Shown in pieces: positions 22,417 through 33,073 of a stretch of 64,000 nt of DNA (position 1 is its first letter; every line of letters begins with the position of its first letter). A model generated the notes under the pieces. The model made no database searches and was not told the origin of the DNA. It saw only the letters and a program-made list of their open reading frames with translations. This stretch comes from an uncultured delta proteobacterium (lineage in GTDB: Bacteria > Desulfobacterota > Binatia > UBA9968): NCBI GenBank assembly GCA_963755715.1, contig CAVWLW010000054.1, positions 1 to 64,000 of the forward strand. The letters run 5' to 3'. Made by a program: the position numbers and the translations under genes.

Positions 22417-23580
22417 ATGCGGATAGCCTACGGTGACCTGATCGGCGGCGTGAGCGGCGACATGTTCGTCGCCGCATTGCTCGATCTCGGTTTGTCGCTG
22501 AACAAGCTCAGAGCCGAATTAAAAAAAATCCCGACGCTCAAATTCGAGCTCCATTCGGCAAAAAAATCCGTCCACGCGATCCGCGCCACGCAATTCAAGG
22601 TCATTTGCCCGGAAAAGGAATCGCCGCGCTCGTGGAAACAGATCCGAGACCTGATCAGACGCGCCAAACTCAACGGCGAAGTCAAAGCAACGGGCATTGC
22701 AATCTTCACCCGCCTGGCTGAAGCCGAAGCCAAAATCCATGGCGGCGCCGTCGACGACGTCCACTTCCACGAAGTCGGGGCGACCGATTCGATCGTCGAC
22801 ATTATGGCCGCGGCGATCGGCGTTCACGAACTCGGCATCGAATGCTTCGCGTTCTCGCGCATTCCGCTCGGCCGCGGCATCGTCCGCTCCATGCACGGGC
22901 CGCTGCCCGCGCCGGCGCCGGCGACACTGGAGCTTCTCAAAGGCTTACCGGTCGTTGGCGTCGACGTGGAAGGCGAAACGGTCACGCCCACCGGCGCGGC
23001 GCTCATGCGCACGTTGGGGAAAACGTTCGGCGCTCAACCGCCGATGACAATCGAAAAGATCGGCTACGGCGCCGGACAAAAAGTGTTCGCCGGCCGGCCA
23101 AATCTATTTCGCGTGATGCTGGGCGCTCCCGATTCGTTCGCGCAAACGGAAGAGATGCTGGTGATCGAAACCAACGTCGACGATATGAACCCGCAGTTCT
23201 ACGATCACGTGATGGATCGCTTATTCGCCGCCGGCGCGCGCGACGTTTTTCTCGCGCCGATCCAGATGAAAAAAAACCGCCCCGCTACCCTGCTTAGCGT
23301 TATCGCCGAGCCGCGCGATCGAGAAAAGCTCGCTGAGATCATTTTCCAGGAGACTTCGACCATCGGCGTTCGTTGCTACCCGGTGAGCCGTTTGATCTTG
23401 AAGCGCGAGTCGAAAAAAGTGAAAACCCGTTTCGGCGAAGTGACGGTCAAGGTCGTTGAACAACCGGACGGGAGCAAACAGATGACACCCGAATACGACG
23501 AACTCAAACGATTAGCGGCGGCAAAGAAGCTGCCGCTCAAGCGCATTTACGATGAAGTCATGCGGAGGCTCGATTCGTAG
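22417..23580 (+). CDS. larC: Nickel pincer cofactor biosynthesis protein LarC
   Basis: GVSGDM, VHFHEVGATDSIVD, HGPLPAPAPAT, ETNVDD, MKKNRP, PEYDE. Confidence 0.9.
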   Translation: MRIAYGDLIGGVSGDMFVAALLDLGLSLNKLRAELKKIPTLKFELHSAKKSVHAIRATQFKVICPEKESPRSWKQIRDLIRRAKLNGEVKATGIAIFTRLAEAEAKIHGGAVDDVHFHEVGATDSIVDIMAAAIGVHELGIECFAFSRIPLGRGIVRSMHGPLPAPAPATLELLKGLPVVGVDVEGETVTPTGAALMRTLGKTFGAQPPMTIEKIGYGAGQKVFAGRPNLFRVMLGAPDSFAQTEEMLVIETNVDDMNPQFYDHVMDRLFAAGARDVFLAPIQMKKNRPATLLSVIAEPRDREKLAEIIFQETSTIGVRCYPVSRLILKRESKKVKTRFGEVTVKVVEQPDGSKQMTPEYDELKRLAAAKKLPLKRIYDEVMRRLDS

Positions 23581-23600
23581 GAAGCGCAAAATTCTCACAG

Positions 23601-24851
23601 ATGGACGATGATCAACCGCACGACTCCGACGGCTCTGCGCTGCGCCGACCTTGGGCATCGCTCAATTATTCCGGGTTTCGCCTGATTTTTTTTCTGTCCT
23701 TGTTCGCCACCACGGCGCAGCAGATGCGCCAGACGCAAAACTTATATCAAGTCTATGAGCTTTCCGGCTCCGCGTTTCAGCTGGGTCTCACGGGTCTCGC
23801 TCAAGGGATTCCGATCTTCGCGCTCGGCTTGTTTGCCGGGACGCTGGCGGATTTTCTCGATCGTCGAAAGCTGCTGCTCATCACGATTATCGGCAATTGT
23901 CTTGTAGCGGTCGTGCAGGGCGTGCTGACTCTCACCGGCGCCATTCAAGTGTGGCATATTCTTGTCGGCACCGCGCTTACGTCATCACTCAATATCGTGC
24001 TGAACCCCGCGCGCATGTCGTTGATCTCCCATCTGGTGCCGCGCTCCCATCTGACCAATGCCGTCTCGTTGAACTCGAGCGTGTCGCAGAGCTCTTTTTT
24101 TTTCGGACCGATGGCGGCGGGCCTGAGCCTGGCATGGATGAACACGGGCAACGCCTATTTATTCAACGCGCTGTTTTATGTCCCGGCAGCGCTCGCTATT
24201 TTTCGGCTAAATCCTCCCGCCGTCGATCGCAAAGGCCGTGAGCCATTCTCGCTGATAAGTATCCTAGGCGGCGTTAAATTTCTTTTTTCCGAACCGATAG
24301 TTTTTGCCATGGTTTTGCTCGACTTCACCATCGTGGGAGTCGGCTACTATCGGCCGCTTTTACCGATCTTCGCCAAGGATATCCTTCACGTCGGACCGGC
24401 CGGTTACGGAATGCTGTCGTCCGCCCCTGCCATCGGCGGGGTCCTCGGCACAGTAATCATACTTTTCTTTGGCGACATTAAGCGCAAAGGACAGCTCGCT
24501 CTTTGGTCGTTTCTTGCTTATGCCTTGGCTTTGGGAATTTTCGCGCAATCGACCCAAATGAGCTTGTCGCTTTTTCTTCTTGGAGTTTTGGGCTTGGCGA
24601 ATTCGTTGCAAGCCGTGATGCGCCAGACGAGCTTTCACCTATTAACACCCGATCACGTGCGCGGCCGCGCCTTCTCGGTTTTCAATATGTTTTCTCAGGG
24701 CGCAAACTCGGTAGGAGCCGCCGAAATAGGCTTCATGGCTTCCCTCCTTGGCGCGCCAGGCTCGCTTCTTTTTGGCTGCGTCCTCGGCGGATTACTGACC
24801 CTGGGATGTTGGGTGATGATGCCGGGATTACGAAGCTTTGGCACGGACTAG
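23601..24851 (+). CDS. MFS transporter (EntS/DHA3-like)
   Basis: About 12 hydrophobic segments; GTLADFLDRRK motif A; PDHVRGRAFS. Confidence 0.85.
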   Translation: MDDDQPHDSDGSALRRPWASLNYSGFRLIFFLSLFATTAQQMRQTQNLYQVYELSGSAFQLGLTGLAQGIPIFALGLFAGTLADFLDRRKLLLITIIGNCLVAVVQGVLTLTGAIQVWHILVGTALTSSLNIVLNPARMSLISHLVPRSHLTNAVSLNSSVSQSSFFFGPMAAGLSLAWMNTGNAYLFNALFYVPAALAIFRLNPPAVDRKGREPFSLISILGGVKFLFSEPIVFAMVLLDFTIVGVGYYRPLLPIFAKDILHVGPAGYGMLSSAPAIGGVLGTVIILFFGDIKRKGQLALWSFLAYALALGIFAQSTQMSLSLFLLGVLGLANSLQAVMRQTSFHLLTPDHVRGRAFSVFNMFSQGANSVGAAEIGFMASLLGAPGSLLFGCVLGGLLTLGCWVMMPGLRSFGTD

Positions 24852-24897
24852 CGTGATAAGGAGGCAGCAGGCGACTGGATGAGTCGGATTGAGGCGC

Positions 24898-25857
24898 TTA
24901 ACGTGATTCCTTTTGGATCTCTCTCAACAGCGACAAATCCCGCACTTGAGACAGCGGGATAGCCTTGTCCGCTCGCACCGTCGCTTTGCGCGACTCGATG
25001 GCGAATTCGAAAGTCTTGTCGACGGTGCTGCCGTCGAGACTGAATGACGGGAGAATCGAGTCATAAGAGTCTCTGGCCACGTCGGGTGTTTGGCTCAGCC
25101 AATGAGCCATGATCTGAATCGTTTCTTCTTTGCGCTCGTGCATGAAGCGCAGACCGCGCAACACCGCGCGTAAAACCTTTTTTGCCTCATCGCGATTGGT
25201 CTTGAGGCGAGTATCCGTAACTGCGACGGCAGAGATAGGATTGCCGATTTTCAAATCCTTCGGTCCGCCGAGAATATTGTATCCTTCGCGCGCCAGACGG
25301 ACCGGGCCGGGCGGCACGGAACAAACCGCGTCGACGAGTCCTTTTTTCAAAATTTCCACGCGCACCGGTTCGTCGCCTCCCAGCGTGACAAACTGAACGT
25401 CTTTAAGATCGAGCCCTTTGGCTTGAAGGATCGCTTCGGCCGCGAGATGGTCTGAGCCGCCGATCCGTTGCGTGCCAATTTTCTTGCCGCGCAGGTCACT
25501 GATGGTTTTAATTTCCGGACGAGCGATGATGCTGTGCAGCGGCTTGTCTGTCAAAACCGCAAGAATTTTGAACGGCATGCCTTGCATCGCGCTGCCGATA
25601 ATATTGCCGAAACTCAAAGTGTAGTTCACTTCGCCGCTGATCAGCGCCGGCACGGTGACTTGGCTGCGCATTTGGATCAGCAGGGGTTCGAGATTTTCGT
25701 CCTTGAAGAAACCCCGTGCCACCGCCACTTGAGCCGGCAGGAAGGCGTAGCTTCGGCTGCTGTAAGAAAGAATAACCTTGTCGGCGGCATCAGTCGGACT
25801 TTGCGCCAAATAGCACGCCAGTATCACGATCATTCCAAACAAACAGCGAATCTTCAT
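24898..25857 (-). CDS. ABC transporter substrate-binding protein (NMT1/TauA-like)
   Basis: Signal peptide; GFFKDENL, DLRGKKIG motifs. Confidence 0.8.
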   Translation of the reverse strand: MKIRCLFGMIVILACYLAQSPTDAADKVILSYSSRSYAFLPAQVAVARGFFKDENLEPLLIQMRSQVTVPALISGEVNYTLSFGNIIGSAMQGMPFKILAVLTDKPLHSIIARPEIKTISDLRGKKIGTQRIGGSDHLAAEAILQAKGLDLKDVQFVTLGGDEPVRVEILKKGLVDAVCSVPPGPVRLAREGYNILGGPKDLKIGNPISAVAVTDTRLKTNRDEAKKVLRAVLRGLRFMHERKEETIQIMAHWLSQTPDVARDSYDSILPSFSLDGSTVDKTFEFAIESRKATVRADKAIPLSQVRDLSLLREIQKESR

Positions 25858-25887
25858 AGCGCTTCGATATCTATTTAAGTCGGTCGA

Positions 25888-26614
25888 CTATTGCGCTCCT
25901 CGACGCAAGAGAACCGGTTCAATTAAGCCGAGAGCAAATTCTCTCTCGAACAAGTCGATCAGGAAACCATTTAGGCTTTCAGCCGCCGGAACAAACGGCA
26001 ACTCGCCGAGACAGGGAACGCCCGTCAGATTCGCCAAGACCTCGCGATTGGTGTCGGCGGCAAGGGAGCCTTCCTGCGCAGCGCGATTGAGCACGTAACC
26101 GAGCACGGTGAGACCTTTGCAGCCTGCATGTTCCAAAGTGAGCAACAAATGGTTGATCACGCCAAGTTTATTCGCAGCCACGACCAAGATCGGCAGTTTC
26201 AAGACACGCGCGAAGTCGGCGAACGTATAGCTCGGCAGGAGCGGCACCATCAAGCCGCCCGCTCCCTCGACGATGGTAATGTCGTGCTGCGCGCTGATCT
26301 CTTCAAAAACGGCGAGCAGATGATCGATGTCGATCCGCACCCCCGCCCTTTCCGCTGCGATGCTCGGCGCCAATGGCTCGGGCAATCGATAAGGGCAGAT
26401 TTTTTCGATGGGCTGCGGCGCAGCCGGATGCGGCTTTTAATCGCTCCGCGTCTTCTGGAACCAATTGCCCGTCCCTTTCTGCGCAGCCGGTTTCCGCCGG
26501 CTTCATCACGCCGACACGGTAGCCGAGATCGCGCAGCAACATCGCTAGGCCGGCTGCGACAAAAGTTTTGCCGACACCGGTGTCGGTGCCGGTTATAAAT
26601 AACCCGCGACCCAT
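25888..26614 (-). CDS. bioD: Dethiobiotin synthase (frameshift near 26410)
   Basis: FITGTDTGVGKT, MKPAETG, VEGAGG, LGVINH across two frames. Confidence 0.92.
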
Positions 26615-27972
26615 TAGTTTTCCGTCACGGCGCCAATCGAGTCGTGAACGACATCGAGCAGCGCCGTGAGCTCGCCGTCGGAAATCGACAAGGGCGGCAT
26701 CAAGATAATGACGTCGCCCAACGGCCGGATCATGACACCGCGTTTGCGCGCTTCAAGAATGACCTTGTAGCCGATTCTCTCTTCCGGCCGATAATTTTTA
26801 GCGCTGGCTTTGTCTTGCACCAATTCGATGCCGACCATGTATCCCCATTGGCGCACATCGCTGACGTGAGGCAATGAAAGGAACTCCTCGCGCAGCCGCG
26901 TGCGCAAATACTCGATCCTCGGTTGCATGTTTTCGATCGTGTTTTCTCCTTCAAACAATGCCAAATTCGCGCTCGCGACGGCGCAGCCGAGCGGATTGCC
27001 CGTGTAAGTATGGCCGTGAAAGAAAGTTTTGAATTCTTTGTACTCGCCCAGAAAAGCCGAAAAAATTTCCTCCGTGCTCAAAGTCGCCGCCAGAGGCAGA
27101 TAACCGCCGGTGATACCCTTCGCCAAGCAGAGTAGGTCCGGCGCTACGTTCGCGTGCTCGCAGGCAAACATCTTGCCGGTCCGGCCGAAACCCGTCGCCA
27201 CTTCATCAAGAATGAAAAGAATGCCGTGGCGCCGGCAGATGTCATGCAATGCCTGAACATAACCGGCCGGCTGCGCCCACATGCCCGCCGCGCCTTGCAT
27301 GAGCGGCTCCATGATCAACGCAGCCAAAGTATCTTTATTTGCCGCGAGCTTCTCCTCCGCTTCGTTGACGGCAGCATCGAGAGCGGCGGCCTCGCTCATG
27401 TGCTGGTAATAACGAAACACATGCGGCGGCGTAAGGCGCAGCACCGGAAAGAGCAGCTCTTTGTAGAAGCGGTGAAACGTTTCCGAGTAGCCGAGGCTCA
27501 TCGAGCCCACCGTGTCGCCGTGATAAGAATCCGCCAGCGAAGCGATTCGCGTGCGCTGCTTTTCCCCTTTGAGTTGCCAATATTGCACCGCCATCTTCAG
27601 CGCGATCTCGACGGCGGTGGCGCCGCTGTCGGAGTAAAACACTCGCTGCAAACCCTTCGGCGCGATGCCGATCAATTTTTCCGCGAGCTGAATTCCCGGC
27701 ACATGGCTCAAGCCGAGAAACGTCGAATGGGCAATCCGCTCGAGCTGCGCGCGGAGCGCGTCGTCGAGCTCTTTTTTGCGATGGCCGTGAACGTTGCACC
27801 AGAGCGAAGACACCCCGTCCAAATACTTTCGTCCTTGAACGTCGATCAAGAAATTGCCGTCGGCGCGGCTGATGATGCACGGCTCTTCGCCCATCCATTC
27901 CTGCATCTGCGTGAACGGGTGCCAAAGATAGCTATGGTCGAGCTGTTTCAGTTTGTCGTGATCAGGGGTCAT
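26614..27972 (-). CDS. bioA: Adenosylmethionine-8-amino-7-oxononanoate aminotransferase
   Basis: WHPFTQM, SSLWCNVHGH, DEVATGFGRTG, AKGITGGYLPL. Confidence 0.95.
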   Translation of the reverse strand: MTPDHDKLKQLDHSYLWHPFTQMQEWMGEEPCIISRADGNFLIDVQGRKYLDGVSSLWCNVHGHRKKELDDALRAQLERIAHSTFLGLSHVPGIQLAEKLIGIAPKGLQRVFYSDSGATAVEIALKMAVQYWQLKGEKQRTRIASLADSYHGDTVGSMSLGYSETFHRFYKELLFPVLRLTPPHVFRYYQHMSEAAALDAAVNEAEEKLAANKDTLAALIMEPLMQGAAGMWAQPAGYVQALHDICRRHGILFILDEVATGFGRTGKMFACEHANVAPDLLCLAKGITGGYLPLAATLSTEEIFSAFLGEYKEFKTFFHGHTYTGNPLGCAVASANLALFEGENTIENMQPRIEYLRTRLREEFLSLPHVSDVRQWGYMVGIELVQDKASAKNYRPEERIGYKVILEARKRGVMIRPLGDVIILMPPLSISDGELTALLDVVHDSIGAVTEN

Positions 27973-29132
27973 GCCTGTTTCTTGAGGTCCTCGAAAGCCT
28001 CGAGCGCTTTTTCAATGTGCTCGCGCGTGTGCGTCGCCATCAAAGTGATGCGCAGGCGCGAGGTTCCCGGCGGCACGGTCGGCGGGCGAATCCCTTGAGC
28101 GAAAACTCCCCGCTCCAGCAGTTGCTCGGAAAGCCGCATGCAATTTTCCGCGTCGCCGATGATCAGAGGCAATATCGGGCTTTGAATTTCACCGAGCGAG
28201 AAACCTATTTTTCTCAGTCCCTCCGCAAGTAGGCGGCAGTTGCTCCACAGAGCCTCGCGCCGCTCCGGTTCGCGCTCCACCAGATCGATCGCCGCCATCG
28301 CCGTCGCCATGATCGCCGGCGGCAGCGCCGTCGTAAATATGAAACTGCGACAGCGGTTGATCAACAGCTCGCGCAGCGCGCGACTGCCGGCGACGTAAGC
28401 GCCGAAACCGCCGAGCGCTTTTCCGAGGGTGCCCATTTGCACGAGAACGCGATCGCCCAGTCCCAACTTGGCGACGACGCCTGCGCCGCTCGCTCCGAAA
28501 ATACCGGTCGCATGCGCCTCGTCGACCATCACCCAGGCGTCGTATTTCTCCGCGAGCTCGACGATTCCCGTTAACGGCGCCTCGTCGCCATCCATGCTGA
28601 AAATGGTCTCGGTCACGATCAGCTTGCGCCGCGCGCCGGCTGCTTGCTTGAGCCCGGTTTCCAGCCCGTTCAAGTCGCAATGGGCGTAGACGAATGTTTT
28701 CGCGCGCGACAAGCGGCAACCATCGATGATGCTGGCGTGATTCAGCGCGTCGCTGAGAATCGCATCGGTTTCGCCGGTGAGCGTCGAGAGAATACCCGTG
28801 TTTGCCTGGAAGCCGGAATTGAACACTAGCGCGGCTTCCGTTCCTTTGAATTTAGCGAGCCGGTTTTCCAATTCTTCGTGCAGCGCCATATTGCCGGAGA
28901 TCAGGCGCGAAGCGCCTGAGCCGCAACCGTATTGGTCGATCGCTCTCTTTGCCGCTTCAGCGAGTGCCGGGTGGTTGGCGATGCCGAGATAATTGTTCGA
29001 CGAGAAGTTGATGACCTCGTGGCCGTCAAGGATCAACGTCGGACCCTGATCGTTCTCGACGCGCCGCAAGCGGCGATAAAGCGCCGCGTTCTTGATCGCT
29101 TGCAGCTCGTCTTGGATGCTAACTGTCGTCAT
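27969..29132 (-). CDS. bioF: 8-amino-7-oxononanoate synthase
   Basis: SSNNYLG, NHASIIDG, DEAHATG, GTLGKALG. Confidence 0.95.
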   Translation of the reverse strand: MTTVSIQDELQAIKNAALYRRLRRVENDQGPTLILDGHEVINFSSNNYLGIANHPALAEAAKRAIDQYGCGSGASRLISGNMALHEELENRLAKFKGTEAALVFNSGFQANTGILSTLTGETDAILSDALNHASIIDGCRLSRAKTFVYAHCDLNGLETGLKQAAGARRKLIVTETIFSMDGDEAPLTGIVELAEKYDAWVMVDEAHATGIFGASGAGVVAKLGLGDRVLVQMGTLGKALGGFGAYVAGSRALRELLINRCRSFIFTTALPPAIMATAMAAIDLVEREPERREALWSNCRLLAEGLRKIGFSLGEIQSPILPLIIGDAENCMRLSEQLLERGVFAQGIRPPTVPPGTSRLRITLMATHTREHIEKALEAFEDLKKQA

Positions 29133-29231
29133 TGCTTGATTTAGATAATATACGGCCAGCGGCATCGCAACACGATCGCCTCCTCGCAGAGACAACTCCC
29201 CAATCCAATTTTTAATTGTGGTGAATTGCGC

Positions 29232-29879
29232 TCAAGCGGCTGCCATGCCGCGGAGCTTGCGCTGCACGAGTTTCATTTCGCTCACGAAGTGGCGGAATTC
29301 TTCTTCGCGCTCGGCTTTTTCACGTCGCCGGAAGATCGACGAAGGATGGATCGTGACGAAAACCGCTTCGCCGTTTTGTCCAGCAAAAAACTTTCCCCGT
29401 TCTCGGGCGATAGGGACAGGCCTGCCAAGAACTGATTGCGCGGCCGTGGCACCGAGACAGACGATCACCTTTGGTTGGATTATTTCGAGCTCGGCCTGCA
29501 ACCAGGGCTTGCAAGCGATCACCTGACGGACCAGCGGTTTTTGGTGCAATCGCCGCTTGCCGCGCTGAATCCATCTGAAGTGTTTCACGGCGTTGGTGAT
29601 ATAAACGTCCTCTCGGGGTATACGCGCTTCGCCGAGCGCTTTGTCCAGCATTCGACCCGCCGGTCCAACGAAAGGATGCCCCTGGCGATCTTCCATGTCG
29701 CCCGGTTGTTCGCCTACCAGCACGAGATCCGCGTCTTTTGCGCCCTCGCCGAAAACGGTCTGGGTCGCGTTCTTGTAAAGATCGCAGCCTTTGCAGGAGC
29801 GCGCAGCGGCGCGCAGGCCCTCGAGCGTGCGCCGCTTTGGCAGAAATTGTTCAGCCGATAGTTTCTCTTTCGTGGCCAT
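29232..29879 (-). CDS. udgX: UdgX-type uracil-DNA binding protein (family 4 UDG)
   Basis: GEQPG, TNAVKHF, GKRRLHQKP R-loop, HPSS, Fe-S cysteines. Confidence 0.85.
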   Translation of the reverse strand: MATKEKLSAEQFLPKRRTLEGLRAAARSCKGCDLYKNATQTVFGEGAKDADLVLVGEQPGDMEDRQGHPFVGPAGRMLDKALGEARIPREDVYITNAVKHFRWIQRGKRRLHQKPLVRQVIACKPWLQAELEIIQPKVIVCLGATAAQSVLGRPVPIARERGKFFAGQNGEAVFVTIHPSSIFRRREKAEREEEFRHFVSEMKLVQRKLRGMAAA

Positions 29880-30056
29880 CAATTCAAAATTAACATTCTC
29901 GACGAAGCACGCCTAGAACGAGGTCAAATTGCGTGAAAAAAATTTAATTGCAGTGAAATCGTCCATCGCGCTTGCCAGCTCGAATCAGAGTTGGTTAAAG
30001 TGATGCGAATTCGTAGGCCGTTTTTCTAATTCGAAGGAGCGGCGGCGATAACTCCC

Positions 30057-31418
30057 ATGGCCAAAGCTAAAACCATTTTCGCTTGCCAAAGCTGCGGCTT
30101 TCAGTCGTCCAAATGGCTCGGCAAATGTCCCGACTGCAACCAGTGGAACACCTTCGCCGAGGAACGCTTCGAGAAAGCGACGACGCCGCGCGGGGAACTG
30201 AGCCTGGGAACGAAAGACGAGCCGGCGCCGATTCATGAAATCGATACGACTGAAGAAGGCCGGGTGCTCTGCGGTATCGGTGAGTTCGACCGCGTCCTCG
30301 GCGGCGGCCTCGTGCCCGGCTCGGTGATCCTCATCGGCGGCGACCCCGGCATCGGCAAATCAACGTTGCTGCTTCAAGCTTTTGCCGCGGTGAGCCAAAC
30401 CGGGATCACTTGCCTCTACGTGTCGGGCGAGGAATCGCCGCGGCAAATCAAAATGCGCGCCGAGCGGCTCGGCATCGCGGCGCCGAATTTGCTCGTGCTG
30501 AGCGAGACTTCGCTCGAACGCATTCTCGATCACGTCAAGAAAATCAAACCCGGCTTGCTGGTGATCGACTCGGTGCAAACGATTTTCTCGACGGCGATCC
30601 CGTCCGCGCCCGGCAGCATCGCCCAAGTCAGAGAAGCGTCCGGCGCGATCATCGTGCTGGCGAAAAAAACCGGCTTGACGACGTTCCTGATCGGCCACGT
30701 GACCAAAGACGGCGCCATCGCCGGCCCGCGCTTGCTCGAGCACATGGTCGACACGGTGCTTTACTTCGAGGGCGAGCGCGGCCACAGTTTCCGCATCCTG
30801 CGCGCGGTGAAAAACCGCTTCGGCTCGACCAACGAGATCGGCGTTTTCGAAATGAAAGAGGCCGGCTTGAAAGAAGTCACCAATCCCTCGGAAATTTTTC
30901 TGATGGAGCGGCCGCTCGCGGTGCCCGGCTCCGCCGTCGTCTGCAGCATGGAAGGCACGCGGCCGATTTTAGTCGAACTGCAAGCGCTCGTCTGCCGGTC
31001 TTTCTTGGCCGTGCCGCGACGCACCACGATCGGCGTCGATCACAACCGCGTCGCCTTGCTCGTCGCCGTGCTGGAAAAGAAAATGGGCGCCAAACTTTTC
31101 GATCAGGATATTTTCGTCAACGTCGCCGGCGGCGTCCATGTCGACGAGCCCGCGGTCGATCTCGGCATCATCGCGGCGATCGCCTCGAGCAGCCGGGACG
31201 ATGTCGTCGACGCGAAAACGGTTTTCTTCGGCGAAGTCGGCCTTGCCGGCGAGATTCGCGGCATTTCCCAAGCCGAAGCCCGGGTCAAAGAAGCCGGCAA
31301 GCTCGGCTTCGAGCGCTGCATCCTGCCGTCGAGCAATGTCGCGCAATTGAAACACATCCAGCACCCCAGCCTCGCCGGCGTCAGCTCGCTCGGCGAATGC
31401 TGGAAACTGCTCTTTTAA
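30057..31418 (+). CDS. radA: DNA repair protein RadA/Sms
   Basis: C4 zinc finger, GGDPGIGKST, KNRFG motif, Lon-like C-terminus. Confidence 0.96.
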   Translation: MAKAKTIFACQSCGFQSSKWLGKCPDCNQWNTFAEERFEKATTPRGELSLGTKDEPAPIHEIDTTEEGRVLCGIGEFDRVLGGGLVPGSVILIGGDPGIGKSTLLLQAFAAVSQTGITCLYVSGEESPRQIKMRAERLGIAAPNLLVLSETSLERILDHVKKIKPGLLVIDSVQTIFSTAIPSAPGSIAQVREASGAIIVLAKKTGLTTFLIGHVTKDGAIAGPRLLEHMVDTVLYFEGERGHSFRILRAVKNRFGSTNEIGVFEMKEAGLKEVTNPSEIFLMERPLAVPGSAVVCSMEGTRPILVELQALVCRSFLAVPRRTTIGVDHNRVALLVAVLEKKMGAKLFDQDIFVNVAGGVHVDEPAVDLGIIAAIASSSRDDVVDAKTVFFGEVGLAGEIRGISQAEARVKEAGKLGFERCILPSSNVAQLKHIQHPSLAGVSSLGECWKLLF

Positions 31419-31574
31419 AGAACAAGATAAGCGGCAAGAACGACTGCCTCCCCTACCGGATTTTGAGTCCTCCACATCCTTTTTTTGCCAAGGCCCATCA
31501 CGTAATCTCCCGCATAATCATTCGATTTTCAACTTTCTTGCTGTCTGGTTGTGCTCGCTGTGCTGTGATGGTTT

Positions 31575-31592
31575 GGGCACAATACGGGCACA
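31575..31592. repeat. GGGCACA direct repeat (11-bp period), resembling an integrase arm-type site at an island edge
   Basis: GGGCACAatacGGGCACA ~160 bp after the radA stop, where accessory DNA starts. Confidence 0.4.
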
Positions 31593-31777
31593 GCAAGACC
31601 GCCAAGCTACGCAGTGAGCAGAACTGACGGGATGCCCGCCGCTCAACTCAAGGTCGACGTCACATCGATAGAATCCAAGGCGCTATGCATCTAAAATGAG
31701 ACTGACGACTAAGGCCCTTTCCCAAGGCTTTTCCCGACAAGATTGCTTCATAGTTCTGTATAGAGAGCCCGACGCAT

Positions 31778-32446
31778 ATGACCAAGCAACAAAAAGTTAA
31801 ACAATCCAATCGTCCATTAAAGGAAGACCCGAGAGCCCTGCGCATTTTGCAAAAGCCAACTGAATCTCCAGCAGACGCTTTGGCGCATATGATTCTAAGG
31901 CCAATCGTTCAGGCTGCAGTAACGTTAACGGCTTACAACAAGGATTTTGGCGACGTTGCTATCAACACTCTTGTCGACGACCTAGACGCTCAATGTAAAC
32001 TTGCCAACAATGGAGACCTAGCGCGAGCGGAAACGATACTCATGGCACAGGCTCAGACACTGGATTCTGTGTTCAACAACCTGGCGCGTCGCGCGTCATT
32101 GAATATCGGAGAGTACATGAACGCTGCCGAGACCTATTTGCGCTTGGCTCTTAAAGCTCAGGCGCAGTGTCGGGCAACACTTGAAACCTTGGCGGTAATC
32201 AAAAATCCGCAGCCCGTGGCATTTGTTCGCCAAGCGAATATTGCCAATGGCCCCCAGCAAGTGAACAACGCACCGGCTCAGCCGGGAGAATCGTCCCGCG
32301 CGCGGGAAAGCGAAAATCAGCAGAACAAACTGGAGGCAAAAAGTGGCGAACGGCTGGAATTTGGAAAGGCAGACTCGGCAAGGGAAACTAATTCAACGCT
32401 GGAAGCCGTGGGAGCGCTCCACGGGGCCAAAGACTGCAGCCGGTAA
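31778..32446 (+). CDS. Hypothetical protein typical of genomic islands/phage satellites
   Basis: LMAQAQTLD, LALKAQAQCRATLETL, FVRQANIANGPQQVNN segments; overlaps a small STGPKT protein. Confidence 0.65.
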   Translation: MTKQQKVKQSNRPLKEDPRALRILQKPTESPADALAHMILRPIVQAAVTLTAYNKDFGDVAINTLVDDLDAQCKLANNGDLARAETILMAQAQTLDSVFNNLARRASLNIGEYMNAAETYLRLALKAQAQCRATLETLAVIKNPQPVAFVRQANIANGPQQVNNAPAQPGESSRARESENQQNKLEAKSGERLEFGKADSARETNSTLEAVGALHGAKDCSR

Positions 32447-32555
32447 GGCAAGAGTTTCACGCAACGCGTATAAGGGCGGCACGCGGCGCTTGCTTCGGAG
32501 GGTAGCTCGTTTGCTTCGGCGAACAAAAGCATTGGAATTCGTCGCGCCGCGGTAG
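32343..32555 (+). CDS. Small basic protein with HGGxSTG-like STGPKT..GK motif
   Basis: MANGW...WKPWERSTGPKTAAGKARVSRNAYKGG; GTG start after GGAGG. Confidence 0.6.
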   Translation: MANGWNLERQTRQGKLIQRWKPWERSTGPKTAAGKARVSRNAYKGGTRRLLRRVARLLRRTKALEFVAPR

Positions 32556-33028
32556 AGTGTAAAGAACGCGAGATCCGCCGGCCCAAACTGTACGAGTCTC
32601 TGGACTTCCTTGAGAAACAGCTCGATGAGAAATCAACCTGGCTCGTCCGCCGTTATCGCCGTGAGCTTCGCTGGGATCGGCGAACCTATCAAGAGAAGGA
32701 AGAGCTTCGGGAGATCTTACGTGTGACAACGCGCGGTATTCAGTTCGCGTGCGTGAAGATGATAGTGCGCCGCCTTAACGAACTCGCCATTCATTTCCGC
32801 GATAATAAGCCTTCGATCGATAATCTCCGCCTGCAGTTAATGATAGTGCGTCGGCCCGTAACCCTCCGACGAGCTTACTAGATCAATTCGGGGTTTGGTG
32901 GGGAGAACAGGACTTCGTTTCACGGAAGATTCTAAACGGGCACGCACCTGGAAACAGCAGATACGGCCAAGGATCAACCTAAAGAATGATGAGCCTGTTC
33001 TCTACTCCGTAAGCAGCTTTTTAAGAGG

Positions 33029-33067
33029 AGAATCTTGACATCTGAGATTCTCATGGAATAAGATTCT
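33029..33067 (+). promoter_or_regulatory. Sigma70-type promoter overlapped by operator repeats
   Basis: TTGACA-18nt-TAAGAT; AGAATCTT...AAGATTCT inverted repeat plus a central GAGATTCT. Confidence 0.5.
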
Positions 33068-33073
33068 TGGACT

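Noticed and set aside
32759-32850. ATGATAGTGCG direct repeat (two copies)
   Set aside because: Only two short copies with no associated rep gene or structure; could be chance.
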